Origin: Halocafeteria seosinensis
Taxonomy: Eukaryota
Length of the DNA stretch: 54,241 nucleotides
Assembly (NCBI GenBank): GCA_001687465.1
Contig: LVLI01000252.1
Coordinates: 1-54,241 of the forward strand
Direction of reading: 5' to 3'
Shown here: positions 33,701 to 46,800 of the stretch, one piece after another
Position numbering within the stretch: position 1 is the first letter of the stretch
Layout of the letters: each line of letters begins with the position of its first letter
Translations under genes and position numbers: made by a program
Notes under the pieces: generated by a model
What the model saw: the letters and a program-made list of their open reading frames with translations, nothing else
Databases searched by the model: none
What the model was told of the DNA's origin: nothing

Positions 33701-35644
33701 CTGTGTACCGAAGGTTTATTGTCTATCACTTTGCTAACATCCGTTGGATTTCAGGGACTTGAGCGGTAACAGAATTAGTACTTTGCAAGGCTATACATTT
33801 GATAAAATATTTCCGGTGATTAATATGTGAGTCGCTCGAGAATTGCGGAAATTCTTTGCAACAGCGCATTATTTGCTCTTCTCCCAGCTTGATGGAAGGA
33901 AGTGGTCTACGCGAATTGGAACCAAATGCCTTCAAAAATGGTCCAAAGAACTGCACCATCCTGTAAGTTCCGAAGGAAGCACTGCGCTTGAACGTTTAGA
34001 ACTTAGCGAGTGTATGCGATGCAGGAATCTCGGGAGTAATAATCTGCTGCGCTTGCGCGATGACACATTCCGAGGCTTAAGACACGTCGGAGAATTGTGA
34101 GTTCAACTGCAGTAGACGGTGATGCGCAGTTTTAGTGTATTTCCACTTCTTACACAGGACACTTTCCCGAAATTCCATCATATCAATCCAATCGAACGCA
34201 TTTGGGGACCTCGAGACCGTGAAGACGCTGTAGGTATAGTGCTTGTTTAAGCCTGCAGTTGTCAGAAAGACGCCTTCACAATGTTTTCCCAGGAACGTAT
34301 CGGACAACCTTGTAGGCGCTATTGACAAAAATCAATTTCCTCAGTCGATGCCATCTGTCGAAATCCTGTACGTGGTCGTGACTTCGTTGTTAAGATCATA
34401 CGCGTCTTCCACTCTAGCTTTCCATTGGATTATGCGCAGTGATTTCTCTCGAAATAGTATCGAAAAGATTCAGCCGCAATCATTGGAAGTTCCAGGTTTC
34501 GCTTCTTTGGAATCGCTGTAAGTTGTGCTGGTCCGTGACTGCGCTGTCATCCCATAACCAGCGGGTACTCTGTGCACAGAAAATTAAGCGAGAACAGGCT
34601 CTTGGAATTAGAAGCCTTCACCTTCCAGGGGTTGAGTAACCTCCAAAGCTTGTAAGACTTCCTGTTCGGGTAAAGGGCTTTAAGCAACGTATTCACATAA
34701 AGACACCTCTTTACAGGCACCTGGACCACAACACGATTCTCCGCGTCGATGCGTCAGCCCATTCCGGAGTATCCATGTTGCGAAATCTGTATGTCGCATA
34801 TCCTACAGGACCAACAAGACAGTTATGTACAGGAATATCTGCTGCAGGGACTTGAGTTGGAATAGGATATCTCAGGTGAAGCCCGCTCAATTTGAAGGGG
34901 CCAAGGCCGACCTAGAGAACCTGTAGGTCGACGCGACGACATAGCGCGTCCTAATTAACTAGCATATGTAGTTCGCCGCCGTTTTTCTCTGTGCAGCGAT
35001 CTTTCGTATAACCGGATTGAGAGAGTAGTCCCTGGGACTTTTGAGGGAATGTCCAGCTTGACGCATCTGTAAGTGGCGAAACAAAAAGGCTGCTTCAGAG
35101 TTCGGCGGACTGAGCAATGCAACCTCTGCAAGTAAACAATCAGGTCGTTGAACAACAATAACATCGAATCCCTTTCGGAAGACACCTTCAGCGGAATGAC
35201 GAACGAAGTGGAAGTGTAAGTGGCGCTACCGGGGGTCTGTGCCTACTGGATAGAGAGTCTCTTTGCGTCACAGGAACTTGGCTGCAAACGAGATCGAAGA
35301 TTCTAGTTGGGTTAGCGAGGTGACCTTCAAGCACTTGTACGTTGAGTTTAAGGCTGCAACTATAACAGTGTTCGGAGACACTGCACCTTGATTTGACACG
35401 AAACTGCAGGGACTTGAGTGACAACGAAATCGAATTCCTCCCCAGTGACGTGGCGATGAAAAACGAGAAATTGTTGGTTAATTTCTCCACTGCCTTCCAT
35501 CATTGCATTTCCTAATTTGGGTGTTTTCGATGAGTACGCAGGTCTCTTGAAGGGAATCCTGGGGAAGAAACTGAATGTGCCACGAAGCTGGATCCGAAGG
35601 GCAGAAAATTCGAAGAAATCAGCGGGTTCTGTTTTTTGGTTTGA
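30786..35644 (+). CDS. Secreted extracellular leucine-rich-repeat protein, about 34 exons, 29 consecutive single-LRR exons
   Basis: Signal peptide MHSGVAFPYLVGMALLATCLPTG and Cys-containing N-cap exons. From 31480 each AG..GT-bounded exon encodes one xLxxNxIxxLxxxxFxxLxxLxxL unit (e.g. DLSYNRIERVVPGTFEGMSSLTHL). Terminal exon SLEGNPGEETEC...FCFLV* (TGA 35642-35644). The exon 2/3 junction is uncertain (N at 30943). Confidence 0.9.
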
Positions 35645-36857
35645 ATGTCGATGCGTAACTGGAATGTTGCCACAATTTTGGCGCCAAACAAGAATACACA
35701 AGCATGATGCAAGGAAATTTTACGATGCTGAAGAATCATCCTCGACAACAATGTAGTGTTACTGACGTACAGAAGGTTGAACCTGGTAACATTTACAGTA
35801 CGTCACGGGTCCCCTTATGTTCACCTGCGTTGTGGCCACAACAGATCCCATAAGGAAGTGAAAATTTGAAAGTGTCTCAACCAAAGCGCATCTTTTAAAC
35901 CTCCCACAGCACCTCATCAAAACCCCTGTTGAAGGTTTTCCCCAACAGTTCAGCTACTGAATGGGAATGGGGCCATCTCTTCGCTTCCACGCCTTGTTCA
36001 TAGTGGTCATACAAACCGGCATACGCCACAGATAGCTGAGTCACTTCCAATTTGTGTTGGATTAGACTTGTGTGCTTGCTACCGGTGCTTCGACTCAAAT
36101 ACCAGGAAACAACTACGAGTTTCACGAAGTTTAGGCTCGAAATGCGTGCGTGGCAGTGTGCCAGTGGGTGGAGTTTCGACGAAACTGCCACTCGGCGCAT
36201 ACATGTGAATACACTGGTAACTGTAGTGTGATGTCTCAGCCCCACTCAGAGGATCGAAGTTTCTCGAACCTGGGACGAGGATCCCGGATTCCCGGGACCC
36301 TGGAATCCGAGAACTCCTCTTGTAGGCTTTCGCAGTGCCGCTGCGGCGGGAAGCCCGGACGTCGCCCACGCCTTAGGAATGTGTATTTTGTCCCTGTAGA
36401 AACATAACAGCGGAGCTTGCTGGATTGAGATATGGCTCTTGACTCTCTGGCTATCGTCGCCGCCCCCACGAGGACGTCGAGGACTAAGCGCACTCTACTG
36501 TACGCCCGTTCGAAACCATTTCCATTTTTGCCGCCGCAGACTCCTGACGAACATACAGTGTAGGGCCCCATTGAGCCACGAAGTTGTATTCAACCAACAC
36601 AACCGCAAACAGGATAGAATTCAAGGCTGCATGCAACCTTTGAGGGACGCTTGCAGGCAACAGTAGGAATCTCTTTTTTTACAGCTGCAGAGGTCGAATC
36701 CTGCGTGTCGCAAGCCCTTGTGACGTACTGCCTGGCCATCCCCTTGGAGCTGCACCGGCTCTTGACGCCGAAGCTTGTTCCGCGCCCGTAGCAACTACTG
36801 ACAATCGTAGCTCCCGTAGAAGGGGCAGATAGCAGCGAAGAAGGCGCAACAGAGGAA

Positions 36858-37883
36858 ATGGCTATGCGTGATGGTACTTTGACCCCGCGTTCAGTGTTCA
36901 AGCTGGCGAACCCAAGATTCGCCGAAAACCTAGAATGCGTAAAACTCCCGAATTCGAACAAGCGTGGTGGGGCAACAAGCTCATACAACACAGACATGCA
37001 TTTAAATCTGCCGTGCGTAGAAAAAAGGACACTTGACCAATCGGCAACCAAACTCGAGGAGATAGGTGGCAAAAGCCTCATCTCCCCCTCTTCAACGGAA
37101 TCCAAGGAAGTGAATTCTGAAATTAACTCCTGTGCCAACAACCCAACAAGCCCAGTAGAGGAAAAGCAGATGTTCTCACCCGAACGAGCAGTCACTGGCA
37201 TCATGACGGGTAAGCGATCACGAAGTCCGGCAGCTAAGGGCAAGAGCCAAGAGAATGATGTGACTCTGCCGTCTCCGATCAACTCCAATTTTAAGAGTAT
37301 CAAGCACAAGATACGCCAGGGGGAGAAGATTCCAGAGAAACAAATTGACGAATTAGTGGACCAATGCTCCGGTTTTCCACTGCTACCTATGGACGCCGAT
37401 ACCTCACTGTCTCATGAGCCTAGAAGGAATCCATCTGGGAAAAAGGTTGAAAAGCGGCGGCAGCTCGGTGCTTTCAGGGCAAGACGCAGTCGGGAAAAGA
37501 GGAAGAAGAGACTTGCGTGTATGGAGAAGATAGCAGTCGAACTAGCCGATATACTGAGTCAGGCAGCTTTCAAGTTGTCTTCTGATGCAGCTGTGACCTC
37601 ACGTTTTCCATCCAAATGCGGGATGAGCCCTCCCAACTCATCCAGTGACCTTTGTGGATGTCGACAACTACTTCCCCAAGATAACCTTTCTTGTTTCAAG
37701 CTGCGTGTGCGTGCGCGAAGCTCACAAATGGTTTCTGAGGAATCTATGGTTGCAAACGTACTCTATCAAATGCAACGGAGTGATACTAATCGGACGATAG
37801 ACGATAAAAGCCGTTGGTGCAGACCAACTCCAACCGGTAAACTCCATGAACCGTCTCGTTGCCACCAAGATGTCATGGGATAA
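36858..37883 (+). CDS. bZIP-like transcription factor (atypical basic region)
   Basis: 341-aa ORF with a low-complexity N-half and KKVEKRRQLGAFRARRSREKRKKRLACMEKIAVELADIL. The true start may be upstream. Confidence 0.65.
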   Translation: MAMRDGTLTPRSVFKLANPRFAENLECVKLPNSNKRGGATSSYNTDMHLNLPCVEKRTLDQSATKLEEIGGKSLISPSSTESKEVNSEINSCANNPTSPVEEKQMFSPERAVTGIMTGKRSRSPAAKGKSQENDVTLPSPINSNFKSIKHKIRQGEKIPEKQIDELVDQCSGFPLLPMDADTSLSHEPRRNPSGKKVEKRRQLGAFRARRSREKRKKRLACMEKIAVELADILSQAAFKLSSDAAVTSRFPSKCGMSPPNSSSDLCGCRQLLPQDNLSCFKLRVRARSSQMVSEESMVANVLYQMQRSDTNRTIDDKSRWCRPTPTGKLHEPSRCHQDVMG

Positions 37884-38445
37884 AACAACCACCGTAGCCC
37901 TACACGTTGTGTCGTACGAAGTGTATTATTTAGGGGATTGATAATCTAGTGCAAGTAAGATGTGTAGCTGTTGCTGTCCGACGCAACTAAGAGCATTGTT
38001 TCGTGCCTTGTAATTGAGCCACCGCTTGAGGCGATATGTGGTCCATGTGGTTGCTTCACCGTGGTAGTATAATTCTCTGTTTTATTGAAGATTCTCAGGA
38101 AGTATTTGGTAAGGGCAAGGAACTGTGCGCAAGCGTACACCCTTATATTCATCTGCCTTTGGTTCTTTAGATATATTAGTGATATGGTTACTGCTGCAAA
38201 GTTTGCAAACCAGTACGCAGGATAAAATTTCACGGAGTTGATCCAGTCGATGTCTGAATTAATCACCGTTCATGCACGTAGTCGACGGTGTGTCGGGTTG
38301 CAATTGTTTGAGTGGCAACATTGTGTATCTCTTGATGCCATCAAAATGTAAGAACAGAGACTCTTCATTTGCAGGCGGCACGGATCCAGGAGCAAACGGC
38401 CACCACGGACAAAGGCTTTATTCTGAGAGATCTACACTAAATACT

Positions 38446-39036
38446 TCAGTGTGTACTGAAGCTGGGTTGTGTCAGCTTAAATGAGCTACTACAAACCGTC
38501 AGCGACTTATTGGATGCCCCCACTTGAAGACTTAGCTTGGTATCTGGACACGTTCGTTTTCTACCACTCGGGGATCCTCCGTTCAGACACAGAAGTGTGC
38601 GCTTTGTCGATTCCACAAGAACCGGATTGAGTACATGCAACCAATTTTCGCGTTGCTGCCGCCGCAGACGGCTTATATGCGCACGCACCGCTGCCATTTT
38701 CTTTTCTCTGTCAGCATGACTTAAATGCTGAAGGTCTTTGCGCACTTGACTTGGATCCAACAGTAACTCAACGTAGGTTGATATAGCTCCCATCACTGTG
38801 TCCGTCACTTGGGAGCTGTCCATTTCTTCCCTACCTTCAAGAAATTTATCGATGTGCCTCTTGATACGATGTGCACTGTCCTGCAAGGTTTGCATGTCGC
38901 TGGCTTGCTTTCTTCCGGTGGACGACACGAGCCCGTGGAAACTGCCCCCTCCGTCAGCCCCTGGAGGTTCCTCGCAAGGATCCTGTCGAGCGAGGCGTCT
39001 CCTTTTTTCCCCATTGCCCATTTGCATTTGAAACAT
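38446..39036 (-). CDS. Small bZIP-like protein (atypical basic region)
   Basis: 196-aa ORF with ADREKKMAAVRAHISRLRRQQRENWLHVLNPVL and an NLS-like EKRRR. Confidence 0.5.
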   Translation of the reverse strand: MFQMQMGNGEKRRRLARQDPCEEPPGADGGGSFHGLVSSTGRKQASDMQTLQDSAHRIKRHIDKFLEGREEMDSSQVTDTVMGAISTYVELLLDPSQVRKDLQHLSHADREKKMAAVRAHISRLRRQQRENWLHVLNPVLVESTKRTLLCLNGGSPSGRKRTCPDTKLSLQVGASNKSLTVCSSSFKLTQPSFSTH

Positions 39037-40842
39037 TCTACGGGGCTTGTGCTAAACCAAAGAGAGCCTATTAGCCTTCCGTCTAGTCAATACCGGTAAA
39101 TGGCTAACCGCTCTCGAGGGTCCCAAACTCGGTTTCCAGCTGCACGCAGCTTCCGCGCGGCCCTTATCTTGCGGAAGCAACAAGGTCCCTTCGTAAGGGC
39201 AGTACAAAGATAGAATCAACCAAACGTCATACCTTGGACTTGCTACAATATCAAATCGAAACCAGTTGTTGAAGCTGTACCGGACGTGCGACGCTCCCCC
39301 GTGCCGTCCGTCGGAAGCTCTTGTTGCACTGCAAGACCTGCTTGCCATATTAAAGCTTCAAGCCAAGTGAACGTAGTGTATTTACACTAAGGTAGTGCGA
39401 GAATATGTCCCTGAAAACGAGGGAAGCGCCACATACTGAAGTGTACGTCCGCGATCTCCTCCAAGCGTAGAAGTTGTAGAACAACAGACCGCAAGGGCCC
39501 ACCTGAGTCGACCAGGCGGTGCCAGAGAGGCAGGCAGGCATTGCAATAGTATCACGTTGTGCCGGTATGGGAGAGAATGAGCATAACTACTTGAACTGAA
39601 AAGACTGAGCATATGCTTGAGAATCTTCAAGCGCATACACCTTTGGTCAGTGTTTGGCCATTGTTCATTTCCAAAAACAATACAATAAGCACCGGTTCGT
39701 AGGCACAGAGTAAAACAGCAGCGGGATTTGGACCAAAAAGTAGCAGTAAACTGGTTGGTGGACGCTTGCCTGTCCGATACACCAAGCGATATCGTTGTAG
39801 TGTTAACCAATGGGTTGTTTAAATGATTACCTCAAGAACAGTTTTGACTGAAGACAAGCAACTAAAGTTCTTCATCTCGTTAGTAAATACACATCTTACT
39901 TTGCGGGCAAATCTAGTTTTTGCTGTCTATTCGGACATAGACGATCTTTTCCGGAATACCGGAGAACTTAGTGTAAACAAAAGACACGAATTTGGAGCTC
40001 GATCCCAACGAAAACTGGCGGTAGCCTGGAGGGTGGTAGTTAATTGCCCGATCCTTTCCGGTCCTTTCAGCCAGCTTGAGTTCTCTCAATCAACGACCAA
40101 TGATCACCGTAAGCAAGCACAGTTCCGAGTAAACAGCCGAGGCGTATGACGTGCGTCTGTGCGGGCTCTGTCCAAGGAGTCTTCACGTTGCGTACCAGGG
40201 CTTTAAATGGACTTTTTGTTGGAGTAGAAGAGGCAGTCGCACTACCCAAAGGACCGGGCTCCCGAGTGAAGACGATTGGACACTGCAGCGAAGACAGTGA
40301 ACTACAGGTTCCCGATATGCGCACAGATCTTCCATATGAGAATAATATGGGAACGATCATGTGTATGTGTTTTGTAGTGTATGAAAAATTCTGGTAAGTT
40401 CTAGCGAATTCCGGGACGTGTAGTTAGCTGGAAAACTGAAAACTGAGCATTTCGAGTGATGAACATGTAAATTGGCTTGACAAATGCACTGGGCTTTTTT
40501 TTTCATATTACCATATGTTGAACCTTGAACACATGTATACAGTGAACCCAACCGCATTTCCATGTAGCAACACCTACTTCTCTAGTGGGGCCCTTCGGGG
40601 TTCGTGAGAAGTTCGAGTTTCGACTCGAATCTATGGGACGACACCAACCAATTACCCTGAAGGAGGAAGGCCCATGGAGGCGATCCTCACCCTTACGGAT
40701 TGCCACTGCAAGTGTTAAGTTTGTTGTCGAACAGCCGTCATACTATTTTAGAGATCAACAATAGAGTCGGGGTGCTGCGGATACACGAAGATCAACAAAC
40801 ATGGAGGCAGATTCCCTATTCGCAAAAAAATGCACAGTGTCC

Positions 40843-43800
40843 CTAAGCAGAATCACCATAGAGCGACTCAACTGCGTCGGATGAGTTGCCTCCAGGCTGC
40901 TCCACCACAGGCCCTGGCGGGATATGCCCTTCTTCCTCACTCGCAGGCGAAACCGCAACCCGCTGGGTGCGCGGTCTACGGCGGGAGCTATTACGAAGGG
41001 AGCCGGAGACAACNACCGCAGCAGTGACGAGTACTACACCGCCAACGATCGTACCTATAACTATACCAACAACGCCAGCGTCTGATAGCTTCGCTTCGGC
41101 ACTGGTGTCACCAGTATCTCCTTCGCCTTGTGACAATATCCTCCGTCGTTCCTCAATGTTTGGTTGGAGCACCATCAAATGCAACGTCTCATCAGGATGC
41201 TCCAGTGTCCCTGACATATCAAGTTCGCCCGTATTTGCATCGAAGTCTTCCATCTTAGAGTAGACGAAAGACGCGGATCCATCGTCAAAGAAATCTGTAT
41301 TTACGAGTGATGCAAACATCATTTGCTGTCCATCGTCAGTGATGCTTTCCTTCAAACTACCGTCGAGAGATACTGCCAAATGTACTTTGATATCACGTGT
41401 TGTTGAAAACTTCAGCCTCACCGGCAAACAGGAAACAACCAATCTCCCAGCGGGTCCAAAACCAACGGCTGATTCGCCAGCAGCTACAGAGAAGTCGGAA
41501 GACATAGCCATTTCACACATTTCTATTATCTCTTCATTTGGCCCCGTTTGAGCAACAACCGTTGCATCCCCCCAAGCACTAGCCGTCATGCTGATGCGGG
41601 CCAATATTTGGACGTGCTGATCTTCCAACCGCCGTCGTCCTCGCAGACGGTCGACAACAGAGGATGAGCTGTTGCCTGTAACATATGAAAGATCAACAAC
41701 TTTCGTCAAAATAGCGTCATTATCACCAGTATGATTGGACGGTTTTTCAATGATTAGATCTTCACACCGACTACCACTCCATGGAGATTCGCAGGTGCAA
41801 GATATCATGCCGCTGCTTGAGCTATTTGTACCGGAATTGGAAGGACAGGCAGTGCCTCGGAAGTTACATACTTCACGGCAGTCAAGATCACAAGCAGTTC
41901 CAAACCACCCTTCTTTGCAAACGCATTTGTATCGTGGAACCCGATCCCTCAAACGAATCCCATCTTTGGTGGCATCAAAAGGCTTGGCGACTGACTCCAC
42001 ATCCGGAAGCAGGCGCTTTGCTTGCTCGTCACCAGCTGCAGCAGCTTTTTCCAACTGAGCAACGGAACCGTATACACTTCCGGTTCCGTCAACAGGAACT
42101 GTGTCTCCATGTTCACATAAACGCACATCACATTCCTCGCCGGCCCACATACTGTCACAGATACACCCGCCAAACGACTCATTGTATCGGCCAAATAGGC
42201 ACGTCGAGTTAAAATCGGTCGGCTGATCATCGTCCAAGCGCTGATTGCAGGTACGCCCTTTCCAACCTGGGGAGCATTTGCACTCGTAGATTTCTATAGC
42301 GGATTCACCTTCCCCGATGACCCTTGTGATAACATCTCCATGTACACACGAAATGGACTGTGGTTTAGACTCGGAGCACTGCTCGCCCGAGAATCCTGGA
42401 TCACATATGCATTGGTCACCTTGCAGAGTACCGTGCACGCACCCAACAGGCTCCAAACACTGTGGGCCTTTCCAGCCGTGTAAACACCTGCATTTAACAT
42501 TTCCGTCTTCATCGAAAGGATCGCTCTGACTAACCCAGGCATTCTGTCCACAACGGCTTATTCCACATCGATCCCCCGTCCAACGAATTGGGTCGAAACA
42601 ATCACACACATCAGGGTCTGTCGCATTACACATACCTCTGCCATTGCAGTAGTCAATACACCGAGTACGGCATTCAACTCCTCGTCGGAATGTGGGATCC
42701 CAACAGTGGCAGGTGTAGTCCTCCGCCATGAATCCGTAGGGTCTGCACTCTGGAATTGGAGGAGCTCCAAATCTTCCGACAAGATCATCAATTCGCTCAA
42801 TTTGTTGACCTCTCCTCCCTTCGATAGGATACGCTTGTGAAGCATTACGCTCTCCAAACTGTTCCGAGTGAAATGGGATCTCAAATTTTGCCCCATAATC
42901 TAGCCACTTGAGGTCAATCTCTCCTCCATTCAAATCAAGCATGCTTGCTACAGCTTCCGGTCGACAAGTTCCATGATACACCGGTCGGTTTATTTGACCT
43001 CGCCCACTGAAGCTCTTTGCCCATAGATTACCACGCATTTGCCCTGTCGGAAAATCAACATGAGCGTTAGGAGCAAGCACCGTACCCACCACGTCAATTT
43101 TTTCAATATGAACATTTTGGGCAACCGGTAAATTCCATATGATAGCGGCTGAATAATTGTCCTTGTAGAAGTCGCCCGTAAACCCTTTGCTCAGGATACT
43201 GACATTATAGGCGAAGGCGGGTAGGGAAGCGTTATCTCGTCGGTACTCGTGCAGATCCCCAGGTCCGGCATCATATTCAGTATGTGTATCATTCCAAATA
43301 ACATTGATAATAGTAGTGGGCACAGACTCAGGATCCCACTGACCGGGAGGGGCAATGAATGGGCGGAACCCTGCCTCTTTCAAAGGCGACGATCCGAACG
43401 GTTCAAAACTTCTTTCCTCGCCTAGGGTTGCCAAGTCTAAGTCAATAGTCCTAGCTCGCAACAGGTCGTGGGCATTCACATGGAACACATTCACATCGGG
43501 TCTAATACCCTTCAGGTAAAGTGTGGAGAACCGTATGTGAGCTGTTGCTGTACGAGGTAAACTAGCGAGTCGTTGAGATAAGCTGCGCAAAGCGCGTCTC
43601 GCACCATGAAAGTCGACAGGGAACGGAAATCTACTATCCGCCTGCAATTTCCTACCAGGTTCATCCACACTTGCAGTTTGAGGGATGAATGACTCATTTG
43701 ACCCATATATAATGTTACCACCACCCATCACGGCTCCCTTAGGAAATGTAAGTGTTCCTTTCACCGCCAAATCATCTCGATCGGTATACACGTTGCCATT

Positions 43801-46800
43801 TAGTTGGTATAAAAACGGCTCAGAGGGAGGGTCCCATACGGCGCCTACACTATAGCTTCCCATGACTACATCTCCTTCCATCGCGGTCAGTCCCTCTACA
43901 TCGGAGCCATTTGGAGACTGCCAGTTTCCAAGGACATATGCATGATATAACGGTAGGTCTGGGTGCTCATTTCCTCCACATCCATTCGACTTAGAACGCA
44001 CATTACACTTGGAGCCACACCAACCGGGAGGGCATATGCAATAGCCACCCTTACTGCACTTGCCACCATTAGAACAGGTGACCCCTCCTCGGAACCACCT
44101 GCTTGGGCGGCATCGACCAATCATGTACTCCATTTCACCAAGTAGCATTTGAGGCTCCTTCACGTACACTTCAAGCCGCACAATTTGACGACGAGGCACA
44201 ACAGGACATTGCAAAGCAGGGTCCACAACTTCGCTGTATGCCATATTTGCTTGATCAGTTCCATATATCACTTCGTCCAAGTTGTCTGGGATCTTACAAC
44301 TACCCTCGGAGTCCCTCGACACTTGAAATGGAAATCGGGCCACTACCTCACCTAGCCTATCTCTTGCAACACATTCGTATGCCTGCAATACAGTCTCATT
44401 AAACGGATAGGGCCCGCCGCCTTTGTTGACAAGCGTGCTGCTTATTAGATTGTCGCCGGTAACATCAACGACCTGACCTGGTACCATCAGTCCTGCCTCT
44501 GGGTGAAATTCGGAAACAGAAGGATCCTCCTCGGAAACCTCGACACCACAGGCTCTTCCCGTCCATCCTCCCGAACACACACACCCAGAGCAGGTACAGA
44601 TTCCATTCCCTGAGCAAAGGGAAGGACAGAATTTCAGTTTTTCCTGAGGTGTTAGATTCAGACATCCCTCTGAGGGGTCAGCAGAAGGGGTAACAGATGG
44701 AGTGCGACTGTTTGAACTGGTGATTGACGGTGTTGAACTGACAGTTGAGGTCCCTGTAGCCGAAGTCGTGGAGCTCATTGAAGCTGTTGGAGTCCTACTC
44801 GCGGTCTGGGAGCTAGTTGTAGAGGGTGACGCAGTCTTGGAAGATGTCTCCGACCTGGTCGGTGTCACAGTAGGCGTCTCCGTGCCAGTCGGACTTGGGC
44901 TGGCGGACGATGAAGCAGTTACGCTTGGAGTTGAAGTGCCTGTTATACTCGGGGTAGCGGTGTAACTGGCTGTTGCAGTTGAGGACTTGCTTGCGGTAAC
45001 ACTAGGGCTGACCGTAGAAGACGCACTCGTGCTTGGACTGGAAGTACCAGTTCCACTTGGAGTACCGGACTGGCTTGCTGTTGCACGTGAAGACTGACTT
45101 GCAGTCGGAGATCCAGTCCCGCTAGGACTACCGGACTGGTTCGCTGTTGCACTTGAAGATTCGCTAGCAGTAGTGCTAGGGCTGCCCGTAGAAGAAGCAC
45201 TCACGCTTGGAGTCGAAGTCTCAGTCCCGCTAGGAGTACCGGATTGGCTGACTGTTGCACTTGAAGACTGGCTCGCAGTTGCGCTACTGCTGCTCGTAGA
45301 AGACGCACTCACGCTCGGAGTCGACGTACCAGTTACCCTAGGGGTACTCGAGTGGCTCACTGTTGTACTGGGCGACTTGCTTGCAGTCGATGTACTAGTT
45401 GCGCTTTGCGTTGCTGTTTCACTGCTCGTTGTGCTTGGTGTACTACTGCCAGTGGCACTAGACGAAGTAGAGGGCGTGCCAGTACTTGTGAAACTACCAG
45501 AGGGTGTACTTGTAGAAGAGGTAGAGCTAGTTGTGGTAGGTGTACGTGTTCCCGAAACCGTTCCGCTCACACTGCCGCTCGCTGTAGGGGTCTCCGAGGA
45601 AGACGGTGTACGAGTTACTGTGTTGCTGGGGGTGATACTGGAGGTTTCGGTTCCGGTGACAGAGCTAGAGGCCGTTGGAGTGGTTGTATAAGTGGGTGTT
45701 CCAGTGATTGTGGTAGTCGCTGATGCGGTTGCAGTTTGAGTTGTAGTAGGAGTACCCGTTGCCGATACGCTTGCTGTTACACTACCACTCGGTGTCCTCG
45801 TCAGCGTACCCGTGCCAGTAGCGCTCGGTGAAGCCGTGGACGACAAGGTCGCTGTTCCAGTTGAACTCACAGTGACACTGGCACTGCTCGTCAAGGAGCT
45901 TGTTGCTGTTTCGCTGCCTGTTGCACTTGGCGTCATAGATGTTGTTTCGCTAGGAGTTATTGACGAGGTCGGTGTACCGCTTTCACTTAATGTTGGAGTC
46001 GGCGTAGCTGTCACACTACTCGAAGCGCTATGAGTCGGTGTCGTTGATGCAGTGCGAGTTGGTGTGATTGTTTCGGTCGGCGTCGTAGTCACACTTGCAG
46101 TCACACTGCTCGTCGCTGAAACTGTTAAGGTAGCCGTAGTCGACGACGAGGCTGTATTACTAGCAGTATTGCTTGGAGTCATCGTCGAGCTGGCCGTTTC
46201 GCTTGCTGAGCCAGATGATGTTGGGGACACCGTTGAGCTCGGTGTTCTGGTGGCAGTCTGTGTTGAGGTGCTTGTTGAAGATGCACTAGAGGTTACACTA
46301 GCGCTCGGAGTCCTGGTGATTGTTGGAGTACTTGTTGCCGTCCTGGTCGCTGTCCGGGTGCCTGTCATACTCGGTGAGGGGGTGGATGATGCAGTAGCTG
46401 TTCCAGTCGACGTTACCGTTGTACTAGCACTGCTAGTTAAAGAGCTTGTCGGGGTCTTACTGCTCGTTCTGGAGGCAGTTCCCGATATTGTACTGCTTGG
46501 AGTGACCGAGGGTGTTGAGGTACCAGTCCGAGTTTCAGTAGGACTACCCGTAGAAGTAGAGGAACCCGTCTCACTTGGGGTAATCGTTGCGGTAACAGTA
46601 CCACTGACACTGCTTGTTGACGACGCTGTTTCTGAAGGAGTTCGACTGCCGGTTCCCGTCTTAGTGGGGCTAGGCGTTGAAGTCTTACTACCGGTTGCAG
46701 AGCTAGAACGTGTCGGCGTGACGGTATTACTAGGTGATCGGGTACTGCTGCTAGTCGGGGAGGAGGTGCTTGTCTGTGTCTGAGTAGAGCTACTACTGGG

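Noticed and set aside
31480..35480. Regular roughly 140-bp periodicity that could suggest a CRISPR-like array
   Set aside because: No identical direct repeats; the period is explained by LRR exon plus intron units, and there are no cas genes.
35760..36450. Broken minus-strand coding-like sequence with cccggg-rich palindromic patch
   Set aside because: No recognisable family; stops in all frames; left unassigned.
39823..40397. VYSDIDDLF and LPYENNMGTI resembling Copia RT/RNase H motifs
   Set aside because: Motif spacing is far too short and the matches are too weak to call.
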